64,000 nt of DNA from Rikenellaceae bacterium (lineage in GTDB: Bacteria; Bacteroidota; Bacteroidia; Bacteroidales; Rikenellaceae): assembly GCA_015059805.1 (NCBI GenBank), contig SUZO01000005.1, positions 12,285-76,284 of the forward strand, in the 5' to 3' direction. The translations under genes were made by a program, and so were the position numbers. The notes under the pieces are model-generated. The model made no database searches, was not told where the DNA came from, and saw only the letters and a list, made by a program, of their open reading frames with translations. The stretch's first letter is position 1. Every line of letters starts with the position of its first letter. Shown one piece after another: positions 61,898 through 64,000 of this stretch.

Positions 61898-63271
61898 CTA
61901 TGCATGTATTGCGCATCCAAGAGCTTGTTCTGCAGCCTCGGCAATGCCTTCATACATTGCAGGGTGTGCGTGAATTGTATGTGCAATCTGCTCGGCAGTA
62001 ATACCCAGCTCTTTAGCAAGTGTTACCTCGCCTAACATCTCAACTATATTTGCGCCCACGATGTGCGCGCCAATTACGCGCTTCTCACTGTCAAAGATAA
62101 TCTTTACAAAGCCGTCACGGTCACCTGCAGCCATAGCCTTTCCAGAGGCTGCAAACTGATATCTACCAATAGTATGCTCTATACCCTGCTCTACGGCCTG
62201 CTTCTCGGTAATACCTACAGAGGCCACCTCTGGAGTGGTAAAGATGCAAGAGGGGATTGTTGAGTAGTCAATAGCCTTTGGATTAAGTCCGCAGATGCCC
62301 TCTACGCAACGAATAGCCTCCGTAGACGCGATATGCGCAAGTGCTGGTGTGGAAATAATATCTCCTACAGCATAGACTGTTGGCACGTTTGTACGGAAAG
62401 CACTGTCTACCACAATCTTATCGCGCTCAACAACAATACCAAGCTGCTCAAGACCAATATTCTCAATATTTGACTTAATGCCCACTGCTGAGAGTACAAC
62501 GTCAGATGTAAGGGTCTCTGCCCCCTTCTTGCCCTCAATCTCAATCTGGCACTTATCGTCCACAACAGTAACACTCTTGACAGTCGTTGAGGTCATCACG
62601 CCGATTCTTAGGCGGCGGAAGACGCGCTCCATTGTCTTTGCAACCTCCTCATCCTCAAGTGGCATAAGCTGTGGCATATACTCAATAACGGTAACTTTTA
62701 CGCCAAGTGAAGCGTAGAAAAATGCAAACTCGCTACCGATAGCTCCAGAACCAACGACAACCATTGTCTGCGGTAGCTTTTCAAGCGACAGAGCATCTTT
62801 TGAGTTGATAACGTGGGTATGGTCAACGGGCATAAACGCCATCTCGCGTGGGCGAGCACCTGTGGCAAGAATGATGTTATCAGCCTGATATACAACCCCT
62901 TCAACATCCACCTCTGTAGGAGATACAAGGCGACCAAAGCCGTTCAAAATCTCAACATTATTGCGCTTGAGCAGTAGTTGCACACCCTTGTTCATATTCT
63001 GAGCTACGGTGCGCGAGCGGGCAACTATTCGGCTGATGTTTGCTTGTGGCTCACACTCCATATCTACGCCGTAGTTAGCAGCGCCCTTGCAGTAGGAGTA
63101 TACCTGCGCACTCTTAAGCAACGCCTTTGTTGGAATACATCCCCAGTTTAGGCAAGTGCCGCCCGCCTCTGCCTTCTCAACAAGTGCAACACTCTTGCCT
63201 AACTGTGATGCGCGAACTGCTGCAACATAACCCGCAGGACCACTGCCGATAATTATCAAGTCGTACTTCAT
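61898..63271 (-). CDS. lpdA: Dihydrolipoamide dehydrogenase
   Basis: GSGPAG, GGTCLNWGCIPTK, GSGAIG and HPAMYE motifs. Confidence 0.95.
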   Translation of the reverse strand: MKYDLIIIGSGPAGYVAAVRASQLGKSVALVEKAEAGGTCLNWGCIPTKALLKSAQVYSYCKGAANYGVDMECEPQANISRIVARSRTVAQNMNKGVQLLLKRNNVEILNGFGRLVSPTEVDVEGVVYQADNIILATGARPREMAFMPVDHTHVINSKDALSLEKLPQTMVVVGSGAIGSEFAFFYASLGVKVTVIEYMPQLMPLEDEEVAKTMERVFRRLRIGVMTSTTVKSVTVVDDKCQIEIEGKKGAETLTSDVVLSAVGIKSNIENIGLEQLGIVVERDKIVVDSAFRTNVPTVYAVGDIISTPALAHIASTEAIRCVEGICGLNPKAIDYSTIPSCIFTTPEVASVGITEKQAVEQGIEHTIGRYQFAASGKAMAAGDRDGFVKIIFDSEKRVIGAHIVGANIVEMLGEVTLAKELGITAEQIAHTIHAHPAMYEGIAEAAEQALGCAIHA

Positions 63272-63293
63272 ATAGACGCGATATTACTTACTA

Positions 63294-64000
63294 CTACTTA
63301 ACAACTTCAAGAATTTTGCCATTGTCAGCAGCAACAGCTCTCTTCCACTTCTCGCTATATCCTGGTTGCTCAATCTTACCAGGGATATCCTTACCATTGC
63401 CGTTGTCAATAAAGCCATTTGCATCCTCGCCCTTGACATTTCCGTCAATATACTTGACCATCAGATACTTATCAAGCTTAGCCCAAGTATCAAAGAGCAG
63501 CTGAGCACCCTTAACACTAAACTCTGTTGCAATCTGTGCCTTCTTCTTTGCTTTTGGAGTGTTGCCAATAGCAATATCAATAGCCTTCACCTCCTCAAGC
63601 ATTGCATTCTCCCACGCATCTACGCTCTCGCGCACCTTCTTGCCGATTATGTCGTAACGGAGGTATGCAAACTGAGCCACACGGTTGGTAATCCAGAAGA
63701 GCGATGTGTCAGAGTACTTGAGCATAGAGCCATTCTGCTCGCTTAGGCACCAAGGCACCTCGGTTGTATTTACATATATAGGTGTAAGAGCCGATGTTGC
63801 AGCATCGTCTACGCCAAACCAGAGGATACCTACCTTATCCTTACGAGCCTGACCGCAGAGCCAGAAACCTGTCTGCTGTGTAGCCGTAGCGCGCTCGTTG
63901 CAGTACTCTACGCCATCAACAGTAAAGTACATCGGACGCCAACGATATGGCAGACAGTGTCCACCTGCACCAATATCCTTTGTCATATCCATAGGTGTAC
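63294..64000 (-). CDS. C69 family dipeptidase (5' end outside window)
   Basis: PYRWRP, NERATATQQTGF and GILWFGVDD motifs. Confidence 0.85.
   Translation of the reverse strand, partial: TPMDMTKDIGAGGHCLPYRWRPMYFTVDGVEYCNERATATQQTGFWLCGQARKDKVGILWFGVDDAATSALTPIYVNTTEVPWCLSEQNGSMLKYSDTSLFWITNRVAQFAYLRYDIIGKKVRESVDAWENAMLEEVKAIDIAIGNTPKAKKKAQIATEFSVKGAQLLFDTWAKLDKYLMVKYIDGNVKGEDANGFIDNGNGKDIPGKIEQPGYSEKWKRAVAADNGKILEVVK

Overview
Chromosomal window from a Bacteroidota genome, probably Alistipes-like Rikenellaceae (inferred from TAnnTTTG promoters, AT-rich start regions without Shine-Dalgarno motifs, and a tmRNA tag GNNSYALAA). It is mostly housekeeping: pyrimidine and purine synthesis (pyrK-carB-carA-pyrC, purT, purA, udk), replication and repair (umuD/umuC, RecD-like helicase, mutS, gyrB, uvrA, dnaA, recA), feoB, dapB-lepB, gdhA, relA/spoT, znuAC, truA, lpdA, tRNA-Asp and tmRNA. 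The most unusual signals are non-coding. (1) Three cassettes sit in tandem at the tmRNA 3' end, with constant flanks around four-way-junction hairpins that share a fold but not a sequence; the block lies inside a 67-bp promoter-bearing inverted repeat. (2) A ~235-nt structured leader with alternative pairings lies at 43.5 kb. (3) A riboswitch-like attenuator precedes the pyr operon, whose CarA has lost its catalytic Cys. (4) An AraC/HXXEE cassette separates umuD from umuC, with a 44-bp duplication. (5) A WYL regulator and a perfect 8-5-8 palindrome lie upstream of a zinc-ribbon gene and recA. (6) An AT-rich oriC candidate lies at 56-57.4 kb. (7) Dispersed ~130-bp hairpin repeats overlap stop codons. 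No CRISPR array, integrase or transposase was seen. All calls were made by eye; no searches were run.
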